DNA of 63,955 nucleotides, the filler included, from Lenisia limosa (taxonomy: Eukaryota; Protista; Breviatea), in assembly GCA_001655205.1 (NCBI GenBank). It is 8 parts of 8 records of this genome, joined end to end, with 100 filler letters (N's around TTAATTAATTAA, not from the genome) between each part and the next. Parts side by side here need not be neighbours in the genome. Positions count along the whole stretch, not along the records: positions 4,489 to 18,084 come from LPNZ01003370.1; positions 18,185 to 23,228 come from LPNZ01009825.1; positions 23,329 to 27,684 come from LPNZ01010665.1; 5 more parts are not named here. The stretch is one strand, 5' to 3'. Made by a program: the position numbers and the translations under genes. The notes beneath the pieces are model-generated. The model saw only the letters and a program-made list of their open reading frames with translations, had not been told where the DNA came from and made no database searches. Of the stretch, positions 11,212 through 23,666 are shown in pieces. Within the stretch, counting starts at the first letter, position 1. Each line of letters opens with the position of its first letter.

Positions 11212-14200
11212 ATGAAAATATTGATAATATTTGGGGGAGGCGTGAAATGCATTATGACAGTGAGGGGGTTAAGAGTGGAGATGNNNNNNNNNNNNNNNNN
11301 NNNCTACTGCTATATTTTTTCTGAAATAGTATCGATATAATGCTCCCCAGTTAGGCTTGTGTATTGTTTTACACCTATAGGGCGCTGTACGAATGACTTT
11401 GATCCCTCTTTTACAATGAACAACTGCACAGGAGGTTGGCGGACTCTATTGGCTCAATGTCAATGGCTTTCTAACACATTGGTTGCTTTTATTAAACTTA
11501 TAGCTGCAATCAATGGAAAGTTTATACCAGCAGTCTTGCTGAACTATCTCCCTTTCCATCTTTGTGCTCTTACAATACAGTCGACTCTGTCTTTGGGACT
11601 GTTTGCTCACTTTCTTGCTCCGACGTGTCCATTCCCCCTGAAGACGTGGGTGGGGTTATTGATTCAGTCGCGTATGTGTGTGCTGAGGTTTATTATGAAA
11701 ACAAGTTTTCAAAAAATGACTGTCTCAGTCTTTATATTACAATATCTTATTGTAGCATAAAATATGAAAATATTGTCGATATTCCTGATATTTTTGATAA
11801 CTGTGTGAGTATGATCAATGATATTTTTGTATTCTTAAATTAAAAATAAGGGTAGTAGTTATATGAATTAAAAATAGCTGAACAATAATAACAAACGACA
11901 AAAATATTGTTACTATGATGATAATAATATATCATATATTATTAATGGCTCACTTAAATTCAGATATCAGGAAGCCCTTTTGCCACATGTGGTGCGAATG
12001 GCCAATTTTCGACCAACTACTTTTGTTATCAATGTTTGTTTGGTGTAGTATTCCAATAGGAAATTGCTTCGAATGAAGTCGTTGAATTATAAGGCAAATT
12101 TGATATGTTATACTTCATATTTGCCTTAGACTGGTACTGATGCCTTCGTATTTATACTCATGATTTTTCGTTCACACTGCAGTGTTTAACATTAACTCAT
12201 GTGGCAGTGGAGTTGACAACGGCATTGCTAATGTGAGAAGAAAGGGTGTTTATTCTCTGTATTCTAATTCCCATGGGCACCCTTATTGATGCTCCATTTT
12301 TTTTATAATATTTAGATATGATCGATATATACAATTTATTTCTGTTTATTTCATTTTTTAGCCTAATTCTATCGCCAACGTTGTGGGTGGTGCGCATTAC
12401 GAACTTTCAACTGATTATTCCGACTTCAAATGGGCTCAGTCGCACTATCGCGGGTTCTGTGGCTTCTATCAAGGTCAGCTTTGAGAGCACAAAATAATAT
12501 TAATTGAAATCTTGGGATTAAAAATCATATAATATAGTGGCTGCAGAGTATTGTTTTTTGAACATATCAGCCTTCATGTGGATAGCTGGAACTTCATCCC
12601 AGTGCATATTAATAAGATTTATGATAAGGTAACAGTATCTAAAGTTTGACATATAAATTGTCCTTTTTTTTCTCTGTCTTTGTGTTTGAAGCAACGCATT
12701 AACTTTAACAGATGATACGTTGGTTTGTACTGGGAAAAATACAAACCATCAATGCGCCAACTCCGACACATCACTCCAAGGTTAGCCTACTTTGTCTTAA
12801 ATATTATCAAAGCGAAGAATAGAAATTCTTTGAAAAGTTGTGCTTTTTCTTATTGATGCCCTTGATGCCATTCAGCTAAAGTCACCAATAACTTCTTTGT
12901 CACCCTTGCTGAGAGAATTGTCGCTTTCGAGGGTGGTTATGACCATTATTGCGTTGTGACAGGTTTGATATCTGCATAATATTGGCCTTATGTCATCTCA
13001 CAGTAATATAGTATGATCATATGCAAATGTAGTCTTTGTCTAATCATGTATTCGACGTTTTTTGAATGTTGTCAAGAGCTTTGACATATATACTATGTAG
13101 TATATATATATTGCATAATGAACAAAGCATGGCGTTCATGACAATTCTAGGACAATTATCACAATAAAGAATATGAGTTATTGGAATAAAATATCACTAT
13201 CCATGCGAATACCTTGGAAAACATATTATTCTATTTACCATTTCACTGGTATAGGTCTTGGCAATTTGTATGTTTGGGGTAGCAATGCACAGAGCCAGCT
13301 TCTCATGGATAAAGCTCTCACACCATCCACGCCAACCCCTTTGAAGGTGGGGACTGATAGTTGAATTCTAGTTTATCTGTAAAAGGATTGAATTTGTTTC
13401 CAAATCATCTTGTCTCCCTGGATCTTGAAAAGTCCATGTTGGCAGTAATCTCGATGTTGTGTGAGCTAGCCCGGTTATTTTGTTCGACCATCTTGCCGTT
13501 TTCGGAAAGTGATCATTGAAGGCAAATGTGATTTTATCAGGTATCGCTGCCTGCTAGTACCGTGGTTGAAACTCTTGTGGTCGGCTATTACCTTGGATGC
13601 GTCTAGGTTTGCTGGTGTTTTATGAACATGTTGGATCACATCAATAATAAAGTATACTGCATGAAATATTGTTTTCTTAGGGACTCCGTGCGATTTATTA
13701 TACATAAACTAATTGACAAAATTTGAAATCAAAGTATCTGAAATGTCGTCCCGTTACAAGATGTCCCTCGTCAAATTTGCTTGTTTTTAATTGCACGTTG
13801 TGCTAATTTTTCTGCTCTGTATTTCTGATGTTCAGAGACCATGATAGAATTTACAATCCCACTCTTTTGAGAGTATTATGTTGTAGAGATATTGGAACAC
13901 AGTGTAACTAATGATACATACATATATGTAATCATCAAAGATATAATTCCCTTTAACCTCGATGATGCATAATTTTCAACATACTATTTTTTGAGGTTCA
14001 TCAAACGAGTGTATAGATATCATATGATTAAATCCCATATTTTTATCTTCTATTAGTTATATGATATTATATGATATATAATACAAGTACAATTACTTAC
14101 CCAAAGATAGTTTGTTAAACCACTTAGATGATGGTACCTACTATGGAGGAGGCTACATTGGCGCTTGCCCTCTTGGCGGAACATGTGTGGAAGATGCCCG

Positions 14201-17050
14201 TACTCTTGACTTCAGCCTTCCTTCTGTAGGACCAATTAGGGCTTATGCTTAGTTTCGAATTAGAGAACTCAGAATTTTCGAAAGAATTGTCCCCAGAATA
14301 CAATACGTGAAGTTGTATCATATTGAATTTTTGAAATGTTAATCATAGAATGTCCATTTTATCACCAAAGTCTAATGATTTATGTTCCAGGGAAGACCCA
14401 TCACTAAATGGGTGAGCAACCCTTATCTCTCGGTAGCCTTATCAGGTAAACGTTAGACTTTCAGCGCCATTTCCTTGGTTACTCTTTTGTAAATGCCAGA
14501 TTGGTTTTATGGCATATTTTCTCCAGATCTTATTTCAAAAATTGGATGTTTATCTCTATTAGCAATATTGTCACTTAATCTGCCAATTTACAACCACTTT
14601 TTTAATGATCGGCCAAATATTTACGTTTTAGATGACGGGAAAGTCTATGGAATGGGGAAAGGACATGGAGATAATTGGTGCAGCTCAGATGATGAAAACA
14701 TGACGTTCAAGGAAGTAAGCTTGTCATTGAGCGTATTTAAGGGTAATTTAATCTGAATTTGATATTATCTCTTTACGTGTGACCCTCAGAAAGCACAATT
14801 TTCACAGAATTACTTTTAGAGGGCCATTTGTTGATTATTAGAAATTCTGAAGGCACACTGGAAAACAGTATTCAATGAAATATCCCCCGGAATTTCTGGG
14901 AAGACCAGAAATCCGAATGGACGCATATCATGCATTTTTACTGTATACTATGCTCTAATCATTCAAGGCTAATGACAACGATGCCTTGCAACTGTCAGGA
15001 AAGGTATTAGACTTCTCCTGCAACCTTGACAGCTGTATCTATCTGACGAGTATGCGGGGTTGACGGTAGATAACTGTTTACAAATAACTGTTTTGTAGAT
15101 ATTCTCTGAAATGTTATTGTTTTTTTTGCTGTATTCTTGGGAAAGGTGAATTCAAACAATTGCTTTCCATTTCAATATTTTGTAGTGCTTCGAGTTTTAA
15201 ACCTTGCGTTTTTCACTGAAATTACTCCAAACAGACGAAGGCAAGGCACTGATGTGCAACAGCGACACAACTGGTCTTGGCTACAGTGCTGCACGAAAAC
15301 CTGTAAGAGGAGTGTGAACCAAAAGCCAGCAGTAATTGGTGTTTCAATCGGAGGAGTGTGTCTTTTTGTACGGATAGTAGGAGAGGACATACTATATTCA
15401 CTCTGAACAAACTCCTAAGTGTTGCTACCCCAAGTGACCAAGCTATAAACAATCTGGAATCTGGGGGTTCAGAGTGTGATCATAATTTCTGTCTTATTAT
15501 TTTAATAAGGTAAATCAAGAGCTGTCACCTAATAGTGTATGCAAGTGTTACACAAATTGTTTTTCTCACAGTCTAGGTTGATATTACGAGCGTGTTTACC
15601 TCCGTATGTGGTGGTACCCTTCCTTCACACTTCACAGTGGACGACTACTATCAGCACTATTTCTGGGGCAATGGTGTGTCATTTTTATTACTAAGAACTT
15701 TCATATTTGAAGCTGGATACCAAATACAGCTTTTACAGTACTAATACAATTTAATTTATTTATTATTTTATTATGGCCAATGTTTAAAATTTTCAAATGA
15801 TAATTGATATGGGGATATGTGGTGGCTTGGCTCAATATCCAACTAACTTATATTTAGGCTGTGGAAATTCAGTAGTTCGGGCTATTTCTGCTCGAGTTAG
15901 CCAGGCTCTTGGAATTTGCCGCTCCTCCAATGCAGATATTCTACAGGTATGACATTTTTGTTTCAAGGCCTTGAGAAAACCATAATGTTTTGAATAAAAC
16001 GGTCAAAACAGTTATGTAGCTTCAATGTAATATATTATAGCATGACATGATAAATAATATGTGATATTTCTTCTTTTTTTTTTTTGACAAATTTCACCCA
16101 TTTTAACATTTTCATGACACTCTATTGAAATACTACTTTACAAAAGGAATCTCGTATTATTATATCAACGAAAGGGCTTCGGTCAGATTTCACCTTTTTT
16201 ACTAATATCCACACTATATACCTGACTCCACAGGCCAATACCGTACTTGATGTGTCCCCTCGAACAATCAAAACCGTTGATAGTTCTCGTGAAAATGTTT
16301 TTGTTCATTTGGATCCCCTGTAAACACGCCTGTGGTTGTTTTTGTTTTTATGATTTATGTTTTGTATATTTATCTTATTTCAGTTACACTCGTGTTCGTG
16401 TTTCTTCATTCGTTGGTAATAAAGTATTTCAGATATGACCGCTCTTTTGTTATTTCAGACTTGTAATATCGTGCATTACGCCAGATTTTACAACATAATA
16501 TATTCTCGAATCAAATGATTCAACAGAAGACAAACAGTAAAACAACATCTCTGCAGCTGTAGTACATATCACCGCGTTCCTCCCCTTCAATCATCCTTTC
16601 AATAATACATCTCTGCTTCGAGAGTTTGACCTACTTCGTAAAATTGTTTTGAGTGAAAATCAAGGAAAATATTCAATTCAATTCCAACACATTAATGTGA
16701 TAAAAAATTAACTGCACCAGTATTCTGAAATTCACAAAACGTTTTACTCCTCACACGACATTACAGTTACTGTGCTACTCGAAGCTAAGGAGAACGATGA
16801 CGAACGGAGCTGCTAAAATGAAACCCTTGATACATGTAGCATGCCCATATGATTGAAGATGAACAACAGCTTGGGTTCTTTTGTTATGAGAACCAAATTA
16901 AGGTAGATTTGGAATACGGATAGACTAGCTTACTTTAGGTACCTGTTTGACAATCTCGTTGCTTGCAGCCACGAACTTGCCAATTCGATTGCTGATCTTA
17001 TAGAACCGCAAAACAAGCATACAGCAGATGCTAATCATGGCAAATACTGA
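11212..17050 (+). CDS. Large surface or secreted protein with a Sushi-like Cys module and RCC1-like repeats
   Basis: Candidate start MKILIIFGG; ISGSPFATCGANGQFSTNYFCYQ (Sushi-like); DDTLVCTGKNTNHQC, IVAFEGGYDHYCVVT, GNLYVWGSNAQSQLL and GKVYGMGKGHGDN (RCC1/BLIP-II-like); ends ..HTADANHGKY*. Start and stop are tentative. Confidence 0.6.
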
Positions 17051-17228
17051 ATTGTTAATATTGGAAGAGGTTCATGTTTTTGATATCAGACATCAGATGA
17101 ATACTATAAACGTATCCTCCCCCCCCGGCGTCCCCAAACTAACAGAAAGTGATATAAGTGTTCCCCCTTTGTAATTCATGAGAACAAGAAAAACTATTTA
17201 CAGAGCAGGGAGCGCCACAGGTCAACAT

Positions 17229-17930
17229 TTACTTTGTTTCGGTTTTGAATTCTATATGCCAACTGTTTTTGATCCAATACTTACAATATGTGGATTGTTG
17301 GCTGCCATGGACCAAAGTAGAGGCAATGAGTGCAATGAACGCACATAATATAAGGGCAATGAAATATAGCTGAGTCAGGGGCGATATTAACGGTTGTTGA
17401 TGACACAGCGTGAAACTGTAAACACCTGTGTACATGATGGTAGGAGGAGCCACAACAATCGTTTCAATTATCTTTGACATGACACAATAATTATTCTTGA
17501 TATCACAATAGAAAACACATATGAACCCACCAAATCATAACTGTGACCTTATGAAATACAAGCCATTTCCCCCCCTTACAAATGACTAGATAGACGCAAG
17601 TTAGTTGAGTGGCGGAACCTGGAAAAGCAGATACACAAACTGCCCCAATCAACCATCTAGAGAGTACGTAAGACACTTGAGCTTCATGCACATTTATAAA
17701 TTGAGTCACTGAAATTGGAGCAATAATTATTATTTCAACCAATCTTTCATCTTTCCTTGTGGTTGCGTTTGTAAATAATTTGCTTTGGTTAATGTTACTC
17801 ATATTTGATCTATCTAACCTGAATACTAAGTCGTATAGTAAGAACTTGCAGTGGTCTAGTCGGATAATAAATGAAATTGCAGGAAGACAATGGCAGAATC
17901 GCCAATTATGTTTCCTAAAACATTAAGATT
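17229..17930 (-). CDS. C-terminal part of a single-pass membrane protein
   Basis: ORFs 17503-17802 and 17229-17480 can be joined by a short GT-AG intron; hydrophobic LYFIALILCAFIALIASTLVHG near the C-terminus. Confidence 0.45.
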
Positions 17931-18024
17931 CCTAAACTTAAGATAACAGAAAAAATTACTGGCACAAAATACGATGTGAACATGAAAATAGTATCAAGTG
18001 CAGTATAGTAGTATATTAGTAAAC

Positions 18025-18084
18025 TATAATAGACCTGTTTACCTTGAATTAGGGTATATAATAGACCTGTTTACCTTGAATTAG
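18025..18084. repeat. Tandem duplication (about 33 nt) at a contig end
   Basis: TATAATAGACCTGTTTACCTTGAATTAG occurs twice. Confidence 0.85.
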
Positions 18085-18184
18085 NNNNNNNNNNNNNNNN
18101 NNNNNNNNNNNNNNNNNNNNNNNNNNNNTTAATTAATTAANNNNNNNNNNNNNNNNNNNNNNNNNNNNNNNNNNNNNNNNNNNN

Positions 18185-21100
18185 AACTGCATTACAGGCT
18201 CAATTGACATCTGCAGACGTGGGGCAGGGGGTATAATTACCATTTCGAGGGGTTTTTATTGTGGGTTTTTCTATGGGAGAGAGCATAATCTTACCCCGTC
18301 TCCCTCTGACCCCATGTTTGTGCAGGTGTATTACTTGCCGATTCTGGGTTTTTTCTAAAAATGTTCCAATGTTTACGTCCCCCTTACCCCCATAGGCCTA
18401 ATCGGGCAGCTCACGAATCTGAACCTGCACTTCCGTTCTACAATGGCCCTTGAGGAGGAAACCAGTCACTTGTCTATTAACGTGGGGGGGGGGGGGNNNN
18501 NNNNNNNNNNNNNNNNNNNNNNNNNNNNNNNNNNNNNNNNNNNNNNNNNNNNNNNNNNNNNNNNNNNNNNNNNNNNNNNNNNNNNNNTATGTGGGAACCA
18601 GCATTTTGTCAATTAACCCGGGGGTATTTGACGTGTTGGTTGGTTAATGATGCAAAGATATGTAAAAACATTAGGGCTTCACTTCGGTTGGACAAAGACC
18701 GGTAAAACATCGATAGTTTTCGAGGATTTATCGACGAATTCAGTCTCTTTTTTTTTTGATGATGCTGGGGGGCTTGACCAGATACAACTCATATGATACC
18801 CTAGAAAATTCTTCAATTTTAGAAGGTTGCAATGTTTCAGGAAAAACTAAGAAGTTTCAAACTGTATTATCATATTTCACTCTAAACTTACGATTTACTT
18901 ACCATATTAGGGAATTGCTAACGCATGCGCCAGCTTGGCCCTCTCTTTGACTGACGAGGCGGTTATGGCTACTGAGACCAATGCGGGTAGGTACCATCCT
19001 TATTAGGCATGTTTCACCGTGTTGTTCTGATCCTTCCTAATTAGTCTTTTTTCGGGGTTCCCAACTAATCCTCCTATGTCTACTCCCAACTAAACCGAAG
19101 TGGAACCCCACTCCCATCTAATCCTCCTATAGGCTCAACCGGTTTCACATCGTCGCTTCTGCACATTTTGGAGATCACTGCGGGAGGTCAGGCCGCGATA
19201 GCTGATGGCAGGGTTGGGGGGGGGGGGTNNNNNNNNNNNNNNNNNNNNNNNNNNNNNNNNNNNNNNNNNNNNNNNNNNNNNNNNNNNNNNNNNNNNNNNN
19301 NNNNNNNNNNNNNNNNNNNNNNNNNNNNNNNNNNNNNNNNNNNNNNNNNNNNNNNNNNNNNNNNNNNNNNNNNNNNNNNNNNNNNNNNNNNNNNNNNNNN
19401 NNNNNNNNNNNNNNNNNNNNNGGAATTTTGAAATTTGTGATATTGGGGGGTGGGTGGTTAATGATGGTGGTGAGATAAAATCCTCGAAAATATCAGTGGT
19501 TTGAGAACTGTCATTGAAGTCATTGAGTGTGATTAGTTGTGAAGTATCAATATTGCACACACATACACACAGAGAGAGACGTCCCCCTCCCCGCCTCTTA
19601 CCACCAAATAACCAAAACAGACTGTCATGTCGCGCTATATCCTCCCTCAATGGAGCCAGCTGTCTCGCACTCGAAAGGGCCTGACAAAAGCGGAGGAAGA
19701 CGAGGAGTACGCCAAGGAGAGGCGCGAGTTCTGGCGGGNNNNNNNNNNNNNNNNNNNNNNNNNNNNNNNNNNNNNNNNNNNNNNNNNNNNNNNNNNNNNN
19801 NNNNNNNNNNNNNNNNNNNNNNNNNNNNNNNNNNNNNNNNNNNNNNNNNNNNNNNNNNNNNNNNNNNNNNNNNNNNNNNNNNNNNNNNNNNNNNNNNNNN
19901 NNNNNNNNNNNNNNNNNNNNNNNNNNNNNNNNNTTCTTCTCTTTGTACCTTTCTAAAATTCCTCAAAATAGCAAAATGCAGCGTCCTCCGCTCTTACCAG
20001 TGTAGCAACAGGGAAAACAACACAGTCGTTGGGAGTCGGCCCAAGTCCGAAGAGATGCTGTCATTGCTGCCAAGAAGGACCTCAGAAAGGTGGGGGATAT
20101 AAAGAAACGGTGGGGCAGTATTACTTCTGTTTTTTTTTATTAGTATTATTTGGGGGGGAGGGGGGGATAAAAAAAAATCTCACTATTTCCAAGCCCCTCC
20201 CTCCCCTCATATTATCACCCCATAGGCGGAGATTCTCTTCGAAAAGTACGGCAACCATCTGCTGCATGAGGCTGAACGTGCTGTCAGCTTTATGGTGAGG
20301 AAAATACAGGAAAATATCGATAGTTTTCGAGGATTTATCGAGTAATTCAGTCTTTTTTGAAACGAAGTGAAGTTATTTTATTACTTTTTTGAAAAAGAGA
20401 AATAATACGTTAGAAATCTAGGGGAAACTGATAAATTGGGGTGAATGAAATATGTGTTTCATTTTCTATATTAGTATGATGATGGTGGGTGTTATTGAGG
20501 GGTAACCAGGCTTGCAACCTCATCATATCATACTATGTAAGTAATACCTACCTACCCCCTTATCTACTAAAAAACTATTTACTTTTTTTATGAATAATAT
20601 CATTTGTTCCTAAAATTAAATCTCTACCACAACCTTCTTATCTCCAAAGGCCTCAGAAGGACACACCATGCTGATGACATTCGCTCGTAACCAGGAGATC
20701 GCTACGGCTGCTGTGGGGGAGGGAGGAATTATTTTATGATTGTTTATTTTTATGATTTTCTTATTATTATTGTAATTTTTTAAAAAAATTTATTTTTATT
20801 TTATTTTTTTTGGGGGGGGACATTATTCATATAGCTATATGATATATGATATAGAAAAATACATATGCATTTATTTGAGATAGAAAAATACATAGCTGTT
20901 ATTGTACTACTATCTTAACTATTCAGCGTAGCAAGGCTGACAGCTTTCACACACATATTTATGAATTCCACTCTTTCAAAAGAAAATAAATGTGACTCTT
21001 TCAGCTAAGCAAGGCGCTTTGTGATAGCTTCCACGAGGATTCTGTTGTTGCTGCTCCTTCAGCCGTTCCCACTACTGACGAGGAGGATGTACCAAAGGTG

Positions 21101-23000
21101 GGGGAGGGATAGATTTACCCCTTGATTTATCTTTTCTTTTTGTTCTCTTGTTTCTTTTTTCTAGGAGGAAGTATCAATCACATTTTTGAATTGGATTGTT
21201 GTTGTTTTTGATGCAAGGGGGGGGGGGGGGTNNNNNNNNNNNNNNNNNNNNNNNNNNNNNNNNNNNNNNNNNNNNNNNNNNNNNNNNNNNNNNNNNNNNN
21301 NNNNNNNNNNNNNAAATCGTCTGCGAGTAGTTGGTCTTTTCTGTGTTTTATTATGTATTATGTTTGAACTTTTATGGCTATTACAGAGTACAACAATAAT
21401 ACCTTTAAACTCACGTTTTCAAAGAAATATTGATTATAGCACTTAATTTGGTCAAGTTTAGTCAGTAAAACAAGCAAGATGTTCGATTAATTGGATCAAT
21501 AGTACTGTTAGCCTGCAGAGCTCCCAAAAAGCTCATCTTTACAACTTATACAAGCTTCCTTTCTCCTCATACCAACCTATATTTCACAAAGAAACAAATA
21601 TTTAACTATTCAGCAGCGTTTATTTGACAAATGATCATCATTATTTTTCCAGCTTTCAAGAATGGAATTGGTCAGAGAAACCGATTAAATGAGCTGAACT
21701 CTATGATAATAGAGTATATAGTACATAATATATCCATCATTCATCAACAAAGACTAAATCAACCGCAGCCAACACTCCGAAGATACGCGGCTTTGGAGGG
21801 GGGAAGAAATGTTTGTAAATAATGTCACTGAGCCCTCCAGGTCTTACCTTTCGGTCGCGCCAAGGTAGCCGCTGGTTGTATCTTTCACAACAAAAACAGA
21901 AATAAAGTTTGCATACTACAATTTTCCAACAATATTTCAAGATGATAATGCGAGAAAAAATTCGCATAACCTCAAAACTATGATTGTGACGGCTTTGTCC
22001 AAGATATATGTCATCTTTAATGGGTGATATTTGTATTCATAACTGCGGCGCATACTGAATTTATGAAAAAGCTGAGAATCTATAGAAGCCTCATGCAATT
22101 ATACAAATTTGAAGAAATACTAGCTAACCACAGGGGTCCCATGCGAGAGTGATAATTCTTCACTGGACCGTCGGCACAATACTAACTTAGTACAGATATC
22201 CTATTCCCTTTTTAAGCCAAGTTTATATAGTTGAAACTAAACCAAACTGCCTCTTGTTTTGCCGAAAAAATATGGAATTGATAGTTCAGAGGCATCACAT
22301 TTAGAAGAGGTCCGAAGCCGTCCACACAAAACATTTAGAAGGGCTATTGATGATGCGAACAACCACTTTTGAATAATACCAAGATAAATAATAATAAGAA
22401 CGATGAAACTAGACTAAACCTCCTCCAGGCCAAGTTCCTTTCCGACAAGGTGGAGAATTCTATGCACACGCGAGCCGATTTCTGGAATATGTTATACATG
22501 TACATATATAGAACATGTATAAAAGATTTCTGGAATAGGTTAGAAAACAAACAAAAAAAAAATATTCTGGAACAAGTTTGAGGTTTGAATAGTATTAGTA
22601 TAGAGAAACAACGTTGGACAGAAATTGTAAAACGGCACAAATTTCTCGAAAAGTTTCGGAAATAATCATATTTTGAATTTGGTCATATATCACATCACAT
22701 TTTATTTTTTCAAGAAGTATATAATACATACGATTTCTGAAATCATAAAAAAAATAATAGAAAAAAAGAAATATTATTGTTGTAGACTTCTGAAAGATGT
22801 TGAAAAAACGTCCCAATAGAAATTATAAAGCTATCAAAAAACAACGAAAGATCGCACAGCTTTATCATCCCAATGTAATAAAGATTCAATTTAACATATT
22901 TAATTGCACTCAAACAAAGCACAAGTCCCTAAAAATAAAAGAAGATGGGGGGAGGTCCAATTACCCTGTTGTGAGGTGGCAGTGAGGTCGACCAGTTGGG
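18185..23000 (+). CDS. Probable BAR-domain protein, possibly followed by a PH domain (fragmentary)
   Basis: Helical exons QQGKQHSRWESAQVRRDAVIAAKKDLRK, AEILFEKYGNHLLHEAERAVSFM, ASEGHTMLMTFARNQEIATAA and LSKALCDSFHED resemble BAR helices; later PTLRRYAALEGLTFRSRQ is PH-like. Many gaps. Confidence 0.42.
18672..18757. mobile_element. Family A MITE, one end truncated
   Basis: TAGGGCTTCACTTCGGTT plus core ATCGATAGTTTTCGAGGATTTATCGA; intronic. Confidence 0.8.
20300..20372. mobile_element. Family A MITE remnant
   Basis: AAAATATCGATAGTTTTCGAGGATTTATCGAGTAATTCAGTCTTTTTTGAAACGAAGTGAAG just downstream of a splice donor. Confidence 0.75.
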
Positions 23001-23431
23001 GGTAGAGGAAGAGCATATGAGATAGTCGTCCGGTCTTTCCCGATGGAAGCCCTAGGATTAATAAATAATCTTCAATGTAAATGGATGAATTAAATAGTCT
23101 TCAATGTACATTGGGTTAAACATGGTAATTTATTGTTAAATAATCTTCAATAAACCTGAGATCAAAACCATAATAGGGCCCTCAAAATATGCCATTATGC
23201 TATTCTATCATATGAAATCATAGCCCCCNNNNNNNNNNNNNNNNNNNNNNNNNNNNNNNNNNNNNNNNNNNNTTAATTAATTAANNNNNNNNNNNNNNNN
23301 NNNNNNNNNNNNNNNNNNNNNNNNNNNNGCGAGGAGGGAGATTGAGGTTGTCTAATGGGCAGATATCATATCATATGTATAAATGTTTCCCTGTATCGTT
23401 TGCTGGAGTGATAAAAACATGGGTGTAAGTC

Positions 23432-23666
23432 CCAAGCATACCATAACCGGAAACAAAGGTCCAAGCATACCAGCATAGCCGCCAACAAAGGTCCAAGCAT
23501 ACCAGCATAGCCGCCAACATAGGCCAAGCATACCAGCATAGCCGCCAACANNNNNNNNNNNNNNNNNNNNNNNNNNNNNNNNNNNNNNNNNNNNNNNNNN
23601 NNNNNNNNNNTAGCCGCCAACAAAGGTCCAAGCATACCAGCATAGCCGCCAACAAAGGTCCAAGCC
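23432..23666. repeat. 32-nt tandem array at a coding exon end of the UNC-93-like gene
   Basis: Unit GCTTGGACCTTTGTTGGCGGCTATGCTGGTAT (minus strand); at least 5 visible units around a 60-N gap; each unit has GTATGC. Confidence 0.92.
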
